Positions 46,344 through 55,140 are shown, numbered from the stretch's first letter. The stretch is 64,000 nucleotides of DNA from Burkholderiales bacterium UBA2647 (GCA_002359635.1 DENJ01000043.1:2611-66610); one strand, 5' to 3'. The notes: generated by a model from the sequence alone, not told the origin. Numbers and translations are program-made.

Positions 46344-47351
46344 TTATCGGTCGGTCCAAGGCATTTCTTTCCACAATTGTCTAAATATGCTGTCACCGGC
46401 ACGGATCTCTGCCTCGTAAGCGCTCGGCGTGAGGAAGCGGATCGGCGCAAAGGCACGCTCTGCCGCCTCCTTGAATGCAGGATCGTTTGCTGCGCGTTCG
46501 ATAGCTCGGGTAAGGCGCTCGCGAATCGGCGCAGGCAGACCCTTAGGCGCGGCCATGCCGCGAAGCGATGCCATTTCGAAAGCAAAGCCTTGTTCCCTGA
46601 AGGTAGGCCAATCGGGTGCCATACTCATGCGCTGGGACGTCATCTGCCCTAGACAGCGAATTGGCGAACCACTCTTCAAGTACTGCAACGCTTCGCCTAC
46701 ATTGATGGCTGCAACCGTGATGTGCTTGCCTGTTATCGCGGTACGGGTTTCCGAACTTCCTTTAAATGGAACATGGGTGAGGGACACCGCGGCAGTGCGT
46801 TCAAACATCAGCATCGCCAAATGGTCATCGGATCCGACACCGGTCGAACCAACCGTTACTTTTTTCGGATTGTTTTTAGCAAAGCTTTGAAGCTCAGCAA
46901 GACTGCGTATCGGGCTCTCGTTATGAACACAAAAGGTCCCCGGATCATCAACAATGTTGCCCAGGTAATCAAAACTTGAAATCGACCAGGCTGCATTGCG
47001 TTCGATCGGGATGGTGATGACCGGTGGCGTGTTGATAAATCCAATGGTGTAGCCATCCGGCGTTGCGTTGGCGATTGCAGCAAACCCAATGCCGCCACCA
47101 GCACCTGGTCGATTCAGGATACTTATCTTTGCGCCGTCTCCGAGGTGCTTTTCAATAAACGGAACAAGGCTTCTTGCAACAATATCGGTCCCGCCCCCGG
47201 GTGCGTAAGCGATGATGAGGTTGATGGGCTGGTCTGAAGGCCAAGCTGCATGGGCTGTGAGATGGGCAAAGCCCATAGCGAGCGCGGCAACTAGCCGTCT
47301 TGCCGCTCGTGACATACCTTGCTGCAGGTTTTTCACCGTCGTCTCCTTCAT
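46344..47351 (-). CDS. Bug-family (TctC-like) substrate-binding protein
   Basis: INLIIAYAPGGGTD, NRPGAGGGIG and VPFKGSSETRTAITGKH. The start is uncertain (Met15 or Met27). Confidence 0.85.
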   Translation of the reverse strand: MKETTVKNLQQGMSRAARRLVAALAMGFAHLTAHAAWPSDQPINLIIAYAPGGGTDIVARSLVPFIEKHLGDGAKISILNRPGAGGGIGFAAIANATPDGYTIGFINTPPVITIPIERNAAWSISSFDYLGNIVDDPGTFCVHNESPIRSLAELQSFAKNNPKKVTVGSTGVGSDDHLAMLMFERTAAVSLTHVPFKGSSETRTAITGKHITVAAINVGEALQYLKSGSPIRCLGQMTSQRMSMAPDWPTFREQGFAFEMASLRGMAAPKGLPAPIRERLTRAIERAANDPAFKEAAERAFAPIRFLTPSAYEAEIRAGDSIFRQLWKEMPWTDR

Positions 47352-47399
47352 TGGGTTTTTGCTAGTCTGCCTTAGCCACCAAGGCTTTGGCAATCGGCA

Positions 47400-47600
47400 T
47401 TAATCGGCGAGCAATTGGATCCGATAGGCCTCTCGAACTTGAGCAAGCTCTTTGGCCGCGGCTGCCTGCTTGGTCTTTGGCGCCTTCTTGTCGCTTAGTT
47501 CGGCAACCAGGGCTTTCATGCGCGAACCCATCGCACTGCGGGCCGGATCATCGGCGCCCGCGTGCAAAGCAAGCATCAAAGCATTGGTGAAATCGTCCAT
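47400..47600 (-). CDS. 66-aa protein of unknown family, paralogue 1
   Basis: MDDFTNALMLALHAGADDPARSAMGSRMKALVAELS… It is 49/66 identical, without indels, to the product of 55462-55662, and many differences are synonymous, which argues for a real coding gene. Confidence 0.6.
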   Translation of the reverse strand: MDDFTNALMLALHAGADDPARSAMGSRMKALVAELSDKKAPKTKQAAAAKELAQVREAYRIQLLAD

Positions 47601-47646
47601 ACTGAGGTTAACGGCCGCCAAAGTCAGCGGAAGTTAGCCGGGAAAA

Positions 47647-47690
47647 GTTTAGGGCGTGGATTTCATCGGTTTAGGGCGTGGATTTCATCG
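47647..47690. repeat. Perfect 22-bp tandem duplication (GTTTAGGGCGTGGATTTCATCG x2)
   Basis: Read directly: 47647-47668 equals 47669-47690. Confidence 0.95.
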
Positions 47691-47701
47691 CGGGCAAGGC
47701 A

Positions 47702-48406
47702 CTAGGCGGACGACCTTGGTTTCAGGCGATAAGGCTCTTCAAAGTCGCGAAAGTCATTTTCTGCCAATGCATCCCCCACCCAGGCCGCGACGCCCTTGCT
47801 GCTCAGGCTTTCATCGAGGTAATCGGCAACAAGCGCGCTAACCGGTAAGCCATAGGTCCGGATGCGCATCACCACCGGTGCAAAGTAGGCATCAGCAATG
47901 CTATAGCGGCCAAAAAGCATGGGGCCACCGAATCGCGCTAAGAGCGACGACCACATTTGTTCGATTCTCGCCAGATCGTTTCGTACCGCGGCCTTATCGC
48001 GCAAGGCGAGTGCCCCAATCTCAGGCAGACTGGCCTCGATATTCATGGGGCAGGCAGATCTTAAAGCGCCAAAGCCGCTATGCATCTCCGCACAAACACT
48101 GCGGGCGCGTGCACGGGCTTCGCGATCCTCGGGCCAAAGGCTATGCTCAGGAAACTGTTCTGCGAGGTACTCCACAATTGCCAAGCTGTCCCAGATGACA
48201 AGATCTCGGTCAACCAGCACAGGAACCCTTGCGCTGGCAGATAGCTTCCCCATCGTTTGCTTAAAATGGGAGTCGGGCGTGAAGTCATCAAAGCGCACCA
48301 TGACCTCATCAAAGGCTATGTCAACTTGCTTCATCAAAACCCAGGGCCTCATCGACCACGATGAATAGTTCTTGTTACCGATATAAAGTTTAAGGTTATG
48401 GTTCAT
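47702..48406 (-). CDS. Glutathione S-transferase
   Basis: LKLYIGNKNYSSWSMRPWVLM (thioredoxin-like N-domain) plus a helical C-domain. The start at Met29 follows GAGGAGAG. Confidence 0.85.
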   Translation of the reverse strand: MNHNLKLYIGNKNYSSWSMRPWVLMKQVDIAFDEVMVRFDDFTPDSHFKQTMGKLSASARVPVLVDRDLVIWDSLAIVEYLAEQFPEHSLWPEDREARARARSVCAEMHSGFGALRSACPMNIEASLPEIGALALRDKAAVRNDLARIEQMWSSLLARFGGPMLFGRYSIADAYFAPVVMRIRTYGLPVSALVADYLDESLSSKGVAAWVGDALAENDFRDFEEPYRLKPRSSA

Positions 48407-48479
48407 CAGACTCTCCTCGTGTGCGGCTGTTGACGCAAAACTCGGCGGTTGAGTATCAGAAAAGCTTTCCACGCGACAC

Positions 48480-48989
48480 TTAAAGCTCAAGCAGGTAACG
48501 CTGCTCTAAGACCTCCCGCCCCCATTGGGCGCCATGGGCCTCTTCCACACAGCGAAAACCTTGTTGTAAGTAGCGCGTTCGTGCGGCATGTAAATCGCTG
48601 AAGGTCCAAAGGTGGATCTCGCGAAATCCGTTTGTTTTGCAAAAGTTAATGGCTGTGTCGAGCAGCTTGAGGCCAAAGCCCTGCGAACGCAATGTCTGGT
48701 CAAGGATAAACCAGCGTAGCTGCGCACGGCCCTCACCGAGGCAGGCACCGTCGATCGCAATTGAGCCGAGCACATCACCTCCGCTCACCACAAGCCAAAG
48801 CCGAGAATTCGGGTCTGGCAGACCTCGGGAAAACATCAGCAGATCCTTTGAAATGGTTTGCTGAAATACTTTGCCGAAAGCAAAATGGTGACCGTAGTAG
48901 TCCATGTGCATCCCGACCAGGCGATCAATGACCGCGGTTGAAACCTCGCTCAATGCAACCGTCTGCGGCCTCTTGCCCGGATCAGCCAT
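48480..48989 (-). CDS. GNAT-family N-acetyltransferase
   Basis: RSQGFGLKLLDTAINFCKTNGFREIHLWT (acetyl-CoA binding motif A region). Confidence 0.8.
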   Translation of the reverse strand: MADPGKRPQTVALSEVSTAVIDRLVGMHMDYYGHHFAFGKVFQQTISKDLLMFSRGLPDPNSRLWLVVSGGDVLGSIAIDGACLGEGRAQLRWFILDQTLRSQGFGLKLLDTAINFCKTNGFREIHLWTFSDLHAARTRYLQQGFRCVEEAHGAQWGREVLEQRYLLEL

Positions 48990-49072
48990 AGGACATCGCC
49001 CTGATCATTTCAGGGACCGCGTGCTGATCTGTATCTGTTCTCGTCATCATGCGTAACCAAAGCGCGTGTGCG

Positions 49073-50158
49073 CTAAAGAATGAGGGCGACAGACTTAACC
49101 TGACACCACACAAGCGAACCTGGCCCGAGCGCGAGACGCTTAAGTGAGCGATAGGTAACATTGGCCAGCAAAACTTCCTGCTCACATCGAACCCGAACCA
49201 GGGCCTGCGCAGGATGCTGAAAGGTCTCCACCGACTCGATCCTGCCCCATAAGTGGTTTTGTATCGTTGTATCTTCTTGTACTGTTTTGGTGAGACTGAT
49301 ATCTCTCGCGAGTATTCTGATACGTACCTTGCGGCCGATGGAAAGACCTTGATCACGGACCCAAACGCTACCGCTGGCAAATTGTAGCTGCACCAGGTGA
49401 TTTGCCTCATCGCGATGCAGCACCACGGCATGGCTCACAATCCCAGCTTCTTCGCCAATCGCTAAGGCCAATGCCTGGGAGCGGCTGATCTCATCAATTG
49501 GACCCGAAGCGCTGACTCGCCCTTGATTAAGCAGCACCAGATGGTCGGCAAGACGCGCGAGTTCATCGACCGCGTGGGTCACATACACCACAGGCATTTT
49601 CAATGCGTCGTGTAGACCCTCAAGCCAAGGCAAAACCTCGCGACGCCTTGACACATCGATTGAGGCCAGAGGTTCATCGAGCAGCAGGAGTTTGGGTTGA
49701 GTCGCGAGCGCGCGCGCGATGGCAACGCGTTGCCTTTCTCCGCCCGATAAGTGTTGCACCTGTCGATTAAGCAGGTGTTCGATACCCAAGAGTTTGACCG
49801 AATCCTGAAGGCCGGGGCTTTGCCCTGAGATACGGACCCGTTTTAAACCAAAAGTCAAGTTTTCATAAACATTTAAATGTTCAAAAAGACTCGCCTCCTG
49901 AAAAACATAACCAATCTGACGTTGCCAGGTCGGCTTGAAAACATGGCGTTCGCTGTCGAGCCAGTATTCCATGCCGAGCTGAATCAAGCCGCGAGCCCGT
50001 TCAAGACCTGCCAAACAGCGAAGCAAGCTTGTCTTACCCGACCCGGATGGCCCAAAAAGCACGCTGATGCCCTGAAGCGGCAGGCTGAGATCAAGATCGA
50101 GCGAAAAACTTTTGTGCTTGAGTTTGATCGCGATGCGTAGGCTTTCTGACGGGCTCAA
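49073..50158 (-). CDS. modC: Molybdate ABC transporter ATPase ModC
   Basis: GPSGSGKTSLL, LSGGERQRVAIARAL, LLLDEP and a C-terminal TOBE/Mop domain. Confidence 0.9.
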   Translation of the reverse strand: MSPSESLRIAIKLKHKSFSLDLDLSLPLQGISVLFGPSGSGKTSLLRCLAGLERARGLIQLGMEYWLDSERHVFKPTWQRQIGYVFQEASLFEHLNVYENLTFGLKRVRISGQSPGLQDSVKLLGIEHLLNRQVQHLSGGERQRVAIARALATQPKLLLLDEPLASIDVSRRREVLPWLEGLHDALKMPVVYVTHAVDELARLADHLVLLNQGRVSASGPIDEISRSQALALAIGEEAGIVSHAVVLHRDEANHLVQLQFASGSVWVRDQGLSIGRKVRIRILARDISLTKTVQEDTTIQNHLWGRIESVETFQHPAQALVRVRCEQEVLLANVTYRSLKRLALGPGSLVWCQVKSVALIL

Positions 50159-50838
50159 GTCAAGACCTTATCGTGGCGCGATTTGAGTTGCCCAAGCGCA
50201 AGGAGCACCAGAAAAGAAAACAGCAGCATTACCGCCGACAACAGATGTGCCTGCTCGTAAGCCATTGATTCGACATAACCATAAATCTGGGTCGATACAA
50301 CCCGTGTCTGCCCTGGGATATTGCCGCCAATCATCAGGACGACGCCGAACTCTCCGATGGTATGCGCAAAACTTAGAACGGTTGCCGTCAGCAGACCCGG
50401 TTTAGCCAGAGGTAGGGCCACCGAAAAAAACGCATCGACAGGGCTTGCCCTTAGGGTGGCTGCAACCTCAAGAGGTCGCTTGCCCATGGCCTCAAAAGCG
50501 TACTGAATCGGCTGAACCGCAAAAGGTAAGGAGAAAATCAATGATCCGATCAGCAACCCTGTAAACGAAAATGAAAGCACGCCCAAACCGAGGCTTTGGG
50601 TGAGGCCCCCGAGCCATCCCTGCGGCCCGAGCATCACAAGAATGTAAAAGCCCAGCACAGTCGGTGGCAACACAAGGGGTAGGGTAATCAGTGCGGCGAT
50701 CGGCTTGCGCCATACGGATGACGTTTGCGATAGCCACCACGCAATAGGCGTCGCAATGATGAGTAGCATCCCCGAACTAAGGCCTGCCAACTTCAGCGTG
50801 AGTGCGATGGCAGGCCAAGCGTCGTTAAAAAAATTCAC
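50155..50838 (-). CDS. modB: Molybdate ABC transporter permease ModB
   Basis: LVLPPTVLGFY and FAHTIGEFGVVLMIGGNIPG. The GTG start lies inside a 13-bp repeat, and there is a 4-nt overlap with modC. Confidence 0.9.
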   Translation of the reverse strand: MNFFNDAWPAIALTLKLAGLSSGMLLIIATPIAWWLSQTSSVWRKPIAALITLPLVLPPTVLGFYILVMLGPQGWLGGLTQSLGLGVLSFSFTGLLIGSLIFSLPFAVQPIQYAFEAMGKRPLEVAATLRASPVDAFFSVALPLAKPGLLTATVLSFAHTIGEFGVVLMIGGNIPGQTRVVSTQIYGYVESMAYEQAHLLSAVMLLFSFLVLLALGQLKSRHDKVLT

Positions 50839-50871
50839 AGCAAAAATTCACAGCAAAGGTTCACAGCACTC
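50833..50871. repeat. Three tandem 13-bp units (ATTCACAGCAAAA / ATTCACAGCAAAG / GTTCACAGCACTC) across the modA-modB junction
   Basis: Read directly. The first unit contains the modB start codon (GTG on the minus strand, 50836-50838). Confidence 0.9.
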
Positions 50872-50881
50872 ATGACCAAAG

Positions 50882-51655
50882 CTACAGATGATAGCCAAAG
50901 GATCGAATCATGCTTTTAGCGCTCTCTGTTTTCAAAAAATTGATCAAAGCGAGCGCAGTGGGGTCGTTTTTGCCGGGGTTGAGCAGCACAGCGTTTTGAT
51001 GAATCGGAGCATGGAGCGTATTCGGAACAATCCAGGCCGAGCCTTCTTTGAGTACACCGTTTTCAAAGACCTGCGACATCGCCACAAAGCCAAGCGCTGC
51101 ATTCTCTGAGGCAACAAACTGAAAGGCTTGCGCAATATTGGAGGCTTCAACCAATTTCGGCGCGATGCGCTCGAGCAAACCAAGTTTACTGAGGGTCTCG
51201 ATTGCTGCGGCGCCGTAAGGCGCAAGCTTTGGGTTGGCAATCGCTAAGCGGGCAAAAGCATCGGATTTAAGTATCTCGCCTTTGCTGTCTACGAAACCGG
51301 GCTTTTTGCTCCACAAAACAAGACGACCTGTTGCATAGGTAAAGGCTGAGTCTTCCACCGCATGGCCATCACGGATGAGTCGTTGCGGGGTCTCGTCATC
51401 GGCTGCCAACAAGACGGCAAACGGTGCGCCGTTTCGAATTTGCGCATAAAACTGACCGGTTGCACCAAATGCAAGTCGCAGTTTATGGCCTGACTCCTTC
51501 TCAAAAACTGCAGCGATTATTTTCATGGGGCCGCTGAAATTCGATGCTACCGCAACCTGCAAGCCCGAGGCATGAACGCAGGCGCTCAATAGCATCATCA
51601 GGGCCAGTGCGAAGTTGCGTTGAAGGCGCCGTATTAGGTCAAGGCGCCAAGTCAT
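50882..51655 (-). CDS. modA: Molybdate-binding periplasmic protein ModA
   Basis: Signal peptide, VAVASNFSGPM, FGATGQFYAQI and ANPKLAPYG. Confidence 0.9.
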   Translation of the reverse strand: MTWRLDLIRRLQRNFALALMMLLSACVHASGLQVAVASNFSGPMKIIAAVFEKESGHKLRLAFGATGQFYAQIRNGAPFAVLLAADDETPQRLIRDGHAVEDSAFTYATGRLVLWSKKPGFVDSKGEILKSDAFARLAIANPKLAPYGAAAIETLSKLGLLERIAPKLVEASNIAQAFQFVASENAALGFVAMSQVFENGVLKEGSAWIVPNTLHAPIHQNAVLLNPGKNDPTALALINFLKTESAKSMIRSFGYHL

Positions 51656-51711
51656 TGAATGGTCTCTTCATTTGGAAAAATGATCAGTAAACTGCTGAAT
51701 GCAAACATATA

Positions 51712-51734
51712 CGCTATTCTATTTAAGAATAGCG
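51712..51734. promoter_or_regulatory. Perfect 9-5-9 palindrome CGCTATTCT-ATTTA-AGAATAGCG in the modA/modE divergent region, a candidate ModE operator
   Basis: Read directly. It lies 13 nt upstream of the modE ATG (51747) and 57 nt upstream of the modA start. Confidence 0.5.
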
Positions 51735-51746
51735 GATTGGGAAAGC

Positions 51747-52538
51747 ATGATCGAAACCTATCCCCCGGCAATGAAACAAGCAAAGATCGACTACAGCGAA
51801 GTTCTCGGCGTGAGAACAATCGATAAACGCCTGGACATTCTCCGTGCAATCCATGACGCCGGGTCGATCTCTGAAGCTGCCCGCCTTTGCGGCGTCAGCT
51901 ATAAAGCTGCTTGGCAGGCCATTGAAACCTTGAGCAATCTTGCTGGGCTTGCACTTGTCGAGAAGCTTGTTGGTGGCTCAGGTGGCGGTGGCGCAAGACT
52001 CAACGAGGCTGGTCTTCGGGTTTTGGAGGTCTCAGACTTGCTGAATAGAGCTCGGGAGCAGACACTTGCTCGGATTGAAAACACGGGCAAGGTAGAGGGC
52101 CTTAATCTGCCGGGCATCGCAAGTGTTGGCTTTCGGACAAGTATGCGAAATCAACTGCCTTGTTCAGTTGAAAAAATAGAGCGACATTCAGCATCGGCAC
52201 AAATTGAGCTTGCCATGGAGCGGCAGTCGCTTCAGGCACAAATCACCCATGAAAGCCTTGAACTGCTCCACCTAAAGCCAGGCCAAAAGGTCATCGCGAT
52301 GTTCAAGGCAACCGCCGTAAGCATAGTCCCAAGCATGGTTGCAATGAAGGGTGTCAATCACTTGCAGGGCAGGGTGCTTCGGCGAGGCAAAGGGGTCTCA
52401 GGATTCGAAATTTCGCTGGAGGTAGGCACAGACCTGACGCTGGTAGGGTTTGCCGGTCCGCAAACGATCTTAAAAGGACGACAGTCCGCGGTGGCGGCGG
52501 TCGAGGCAAATGCTGTGGTGATTGCGGTGGCTTCCTGA
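51747..52538 (+). CDS. modE: Molybdenum-dependent transcriptional regulator ModE (HTH plus two Mop/TOBE domains)
   Basis: RLDILRAIHDAGSISEAARLCGVSYKAAWQAIETLSNLAG and tandem TOBE-like repeats (NQLPCSVEKIE…; NHLQGRVLRR…). Confidence 0.85.
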   Translation: MIETYPPAMKQAKIDYSEVLGVRTIDKRLDILRAIHDAGSISEAARLCGVSYKAAWQAIETLSNLAGLALVEKLVGGSGGGGARLNEAGLRVLEVSDLLNRAREQTLARIENTGKVEGLNLPGIASVGFRTSMRNQLPCSVEKIERHSASAQIELAMERQSLQAQITHESLELLHLKPGQKVIAMFKATAVSIVPSMVAMKGVNHLQGRVLRRGKGVSGFEISLEVGTDLTLVGFAGPQTILKGRQSAVAAVEANAVVIAVAS

Positions 52539-52545
52539 GCGTTGT

Positions 52546-53058
52546 TCAACGATGCGTCGATTTGCAAGGAGCGCCTTCACGTTCCAGGAGCGCGATTTTT
52601 CGTTCAAGCCCGCCAGCATAACCGGTGAGCCCGCCGCTTGCGCCGAGCACGCGATGACATGGCACAATAAGGCTGATGGGATTGCGACCAATCGCAGCAC
52701 CAACGGCACGGCTAGCGCCCGCTTGATCGATTTGTTGACTGATAGCCGAGTAACTCCTGGTTTGTCCAATCGGAATGTCCTGTAATGCCCGCCACACGGC
52801 TTGCTGGAAGCTTGTGCCAGCACTCAGATCCAGTCGCATCTGGAAGTGATTAAGCTCCCCACGGAACCACGCGTTGACTTGAGCTTCGGCCTGGGCTAAG
52901 GCATGACTGCACACGACAAACAGTTTGCCATCTAGCTGTGGCTGATGTTTTTGCCCTTCAAACCAGAGTCCGCAAAGGCCTGAGTCTGAAGCGGCGAGCA
53001 CAATGTCCCCCAAGGGGCTACTGATGCGTTTGGCGGCACGGATGTGGTCGAACTTCAT
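52546..53058 (-). CDS. ogt: Methylated-DNA-protein-cysteine methyltransferase
   Basis: Active site IVPCHRV and YSAISQQIDQAGASRAVGAAIGRNP. The start has an ATGA overlap with the upstream gene's stop. Confidence 0.88.
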   Translation of the reverse strand: MKFDHIRAAKRISSPLGDIVLAASDSGLCGLWFEGQKHQPQLDGKLFVVCSHALAQAEAQVNAWFRGELNHFQMRLDLSAGTSFQQAVWRALQDIPIGQTRSYSAISQQIDQAGASRAVGAAIGRNPISLIVPCHRVLGASGGLTGYAGGLERKIALLEREGAPCKSTHR

Positions 53059-54716
53059 GTTGAGCAGTCCTTTTGAACGATTGACGACGCTGATGTTGGC
53101 AAAGCGAGCGAGTGCCAGGCACGAATCACCGCGTAGCTTCGCCAAGGCATCCAGGCCTTGGCGTGTGCCATGGTTTGTTGCTTGGCCTTAGGCATCCCCT
53201 GAAGCCCTAAGGCCCGGTGCAAAGCCACATCGCCTGCAGGCAGGGCATCGCGGTGTCCCAACGCACGCATTGCAACGTACTGTGCTGTCCATTCCCCGAT
53301 GCCGGGAAGTTTGCAAAGCACTTGAATCGTATGCGCAATCGCGGCCTCGTCGTGTGGCATCGGTTCAAGCCTGAGATCGCCAGCGATCACTGCTTTCGCA
53401 AGCGAAATGAGCGCAGCCTGGCGTTGTTTCACAATGCCTAGCGCACCGAGGGCGTCGCTTGAGGCCTGAGCGATGGCCTGGGGCTTTGGGAAAAGTTTGA
53501 GTGCATCAAGCGCGATATTTTCAACGGTAAGGCATGGACTGCGTTCGCCGATCAGGCGCAGTTGGGTGCCGAAGCGATCAACCATTCGTTGGGCGAAGGT
53601 TCGTCCAGCGGCTACCGTCACCTGTTGGCCAAGTACTGCACGAACAGCGAGTTCAAAGCCATCGAAAGCACCGGGCACCCTGAGCCCCTCACCATCCGGG
53701 AAATCAACGTTTAAGACCTGATGAATCAAATGCGGGTCAGCGTCAAGGTCGAAGGCCTCGCGAACACGTTTGATGAGCGGGTGCAATCCCGGCAGCAGAC
53801 TTTCGCTAAATATTAAGCAGATCTGCGGTCTGACAGGATCAAAGCGGCACTGAATCCAACCATTTAAGCGTTTGTTCAAAGCGCGAGGATGCTGCATATC
53901 AATTGTCCGCGTGAGGCAGTGTTCGCCGACTGTCTCGATGCCCTTCAGTGCGCGTTGCCGCAAAAAACCCATCAGGGCTTTCAAGTCCAAGGGCGGCCGA
54001 TAATCAAGCCGAACCCTGACGGTGCCATCCATCGCAGGCCCAGCTTGACGGACGCCGTGTTCCCGCAAACGGCTTGGACTCAGCTGGTAGTGGGCTTGAA
54101 AACTGTCGTTAAATCGACGAAGACTTGAAAAGCCTGACAGCGTGGCCACCTGAGCCATGGGCAGCTGGCTGTCGACCAGTAAGTGCTTAGCCCGCAGTAG
54201 CCGCTGAGTCTGTCGATACTGTAAGGGCGTGATACCCCAATGGCGTTCAAAGACACGGCGCAAATGGCGATCACTGATCCCAAGTTTCTGAGCAACATCC
54301 GCCATCGATTCGATGCCGCTTGCCCGCGGGCGTGCTGACCAGTAGGGGCGGTCGAGTAGGGCAGCGGCCTGACAGGCAAGGATGGCGCCGGCATCCTCGG
54401 TACTCCAGTGGCGATCGGCAGGGGCAAGCTCCGGACGACAACGCATGCAGGGACGAAAGCCTGCGGCTTCTGCCTGAGCGGCCATCAAAAAAAAGTGGCA
54501 ATGTTCTTGTTTGGGTGTCTTTACGCGGCAGATTGGTCGGCAGTAAATACCGGTGCTGCTTATCCCGACGAAAAAATGGCCATCGTATTGAGCGTTTTTT
54601 GTACAAATCGCCTGATAGCAAGTCGTCGGGTCTAAAGTCGGCGCGGCATATAAAAATGAGCGACTTTTGGAAGTTGGTTGAATTGCATTTTTGGAATCAT
54701 TATTCGCCTTATTCAT
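53055..54716 (-). CDS. Fused Ada regulatory domain (Zn-Cys4 plus AraC HTH) / AlkA DNA-3-methyladenine glycosylase II
   Basis: Ada Zn domain (FFVGISSTGIYCRPICR…FRPCMRCRP), AraC HTH (…LRRVFERHWGITPLQYRQTQRL…) and an HhH-GPD glycosylase (VLGQQVTVAAGRTF…LPGIGEWTAQYVAMRAL). The start is uncertain within the first 7 codons. Confidence 0.85.
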   Translation of the reverse strand: MNKANNDSKNAIQPTSKSRSFLYAAPTLDPTTCYQAICTKNAQYDGHFFVGISSTGIYCRPICRVKTPKQEHCHFFLMAAQAEAAGFRPCMRCRPELAPADRHWSTEDAGAILACQAAALLDRPYWSARPRASGIESMADVAQKLGISDRHLRRVFERHWGITPLQYRQTQRLLRAKHLLVDSQLPMAQVATLSGFSSLRRFNDSFQAHYQLSPSRLREHGVRQAGPAMDGTVRVRLDYRPPLDLKALMGFLRQRALKGIETVGEHCLTRTIDMQHPRALNKRLNGWIQCRFDPVRPQICLIFSESLLPGLHPLIKRVREAFDLDADPHLIHQVLNVDFPDGEGLRVPGAFDGFELAVRAVLGQQVTVAAGRTFAQRMVDRFGTQLRLIGERSPCLTVENIALDALKLFPKPQAIAQASSDALGALGIVKQRQAALISLAKAVIAGDLRLEPMPHDEAAIAHTIQVLCKLPGIGEWTAQYVAMRALGHRDALPAGDVALHRALGLQGMPKAKQQTMAHAKAWMPWRSYAVIRAWHSLALPTSASSIVQKDCST

Positions 54717-54863
54717 CCTTGTCATTCTAGGCAAAAAGCATGGCCTCGTTAGCCATTTCCGGACATCATCTGAATCCAGTCCTGCGTAAGATTATGCGTT
54801 CTTCAGTCATGGTCCGTACCAGGCTGGGATGAAGTCTTCTCAAATCAATGACGGCTTGTAACG

Positions 54864-55140
54864 ATGTATATACCAGCACACTTTCTATATACCAGCACAC
54901 TTTGCAAATAAAGACGACGATGCGATTGTCAAATTACTTCAGTCGCATCCCTTGGGCGTGCTTGTTACCCAAGGGCCGCAGGGGCTGGCCATGAACGTTA
55001 TATCTCGCCCAATTGGTATCCGAGTAAACATCAGACGCACCGTCTGGTGCCTACATGGCACTATGAAGTGGTGCACGTTTATGGACGGCTCAGCGTTCAG
55101 GATCAGGAGAAATTCGTTCGCGCTAGCGCCACCTACATCA
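54864..55140 (+). pseudogene. Decayed PaiB-family (FMN-binding negative regulator-like) gene
   Basis: ATG TAT ATA CCA GCA CAC TTT (MYIPAHF) is followed by a 19-bp tandem duplication that shifts the frame onto a stop 16 codons in. Removing one copy restores MYIPAHFANKDDDAIVKLLQSHPLGVLVTQGPQGL. The family motif VPTWHYEVVHVYGRLSV reappears in another frame at 55047, about 50 codons too early, and no family-like sequence follows about 55130. Confidence 0.6.
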
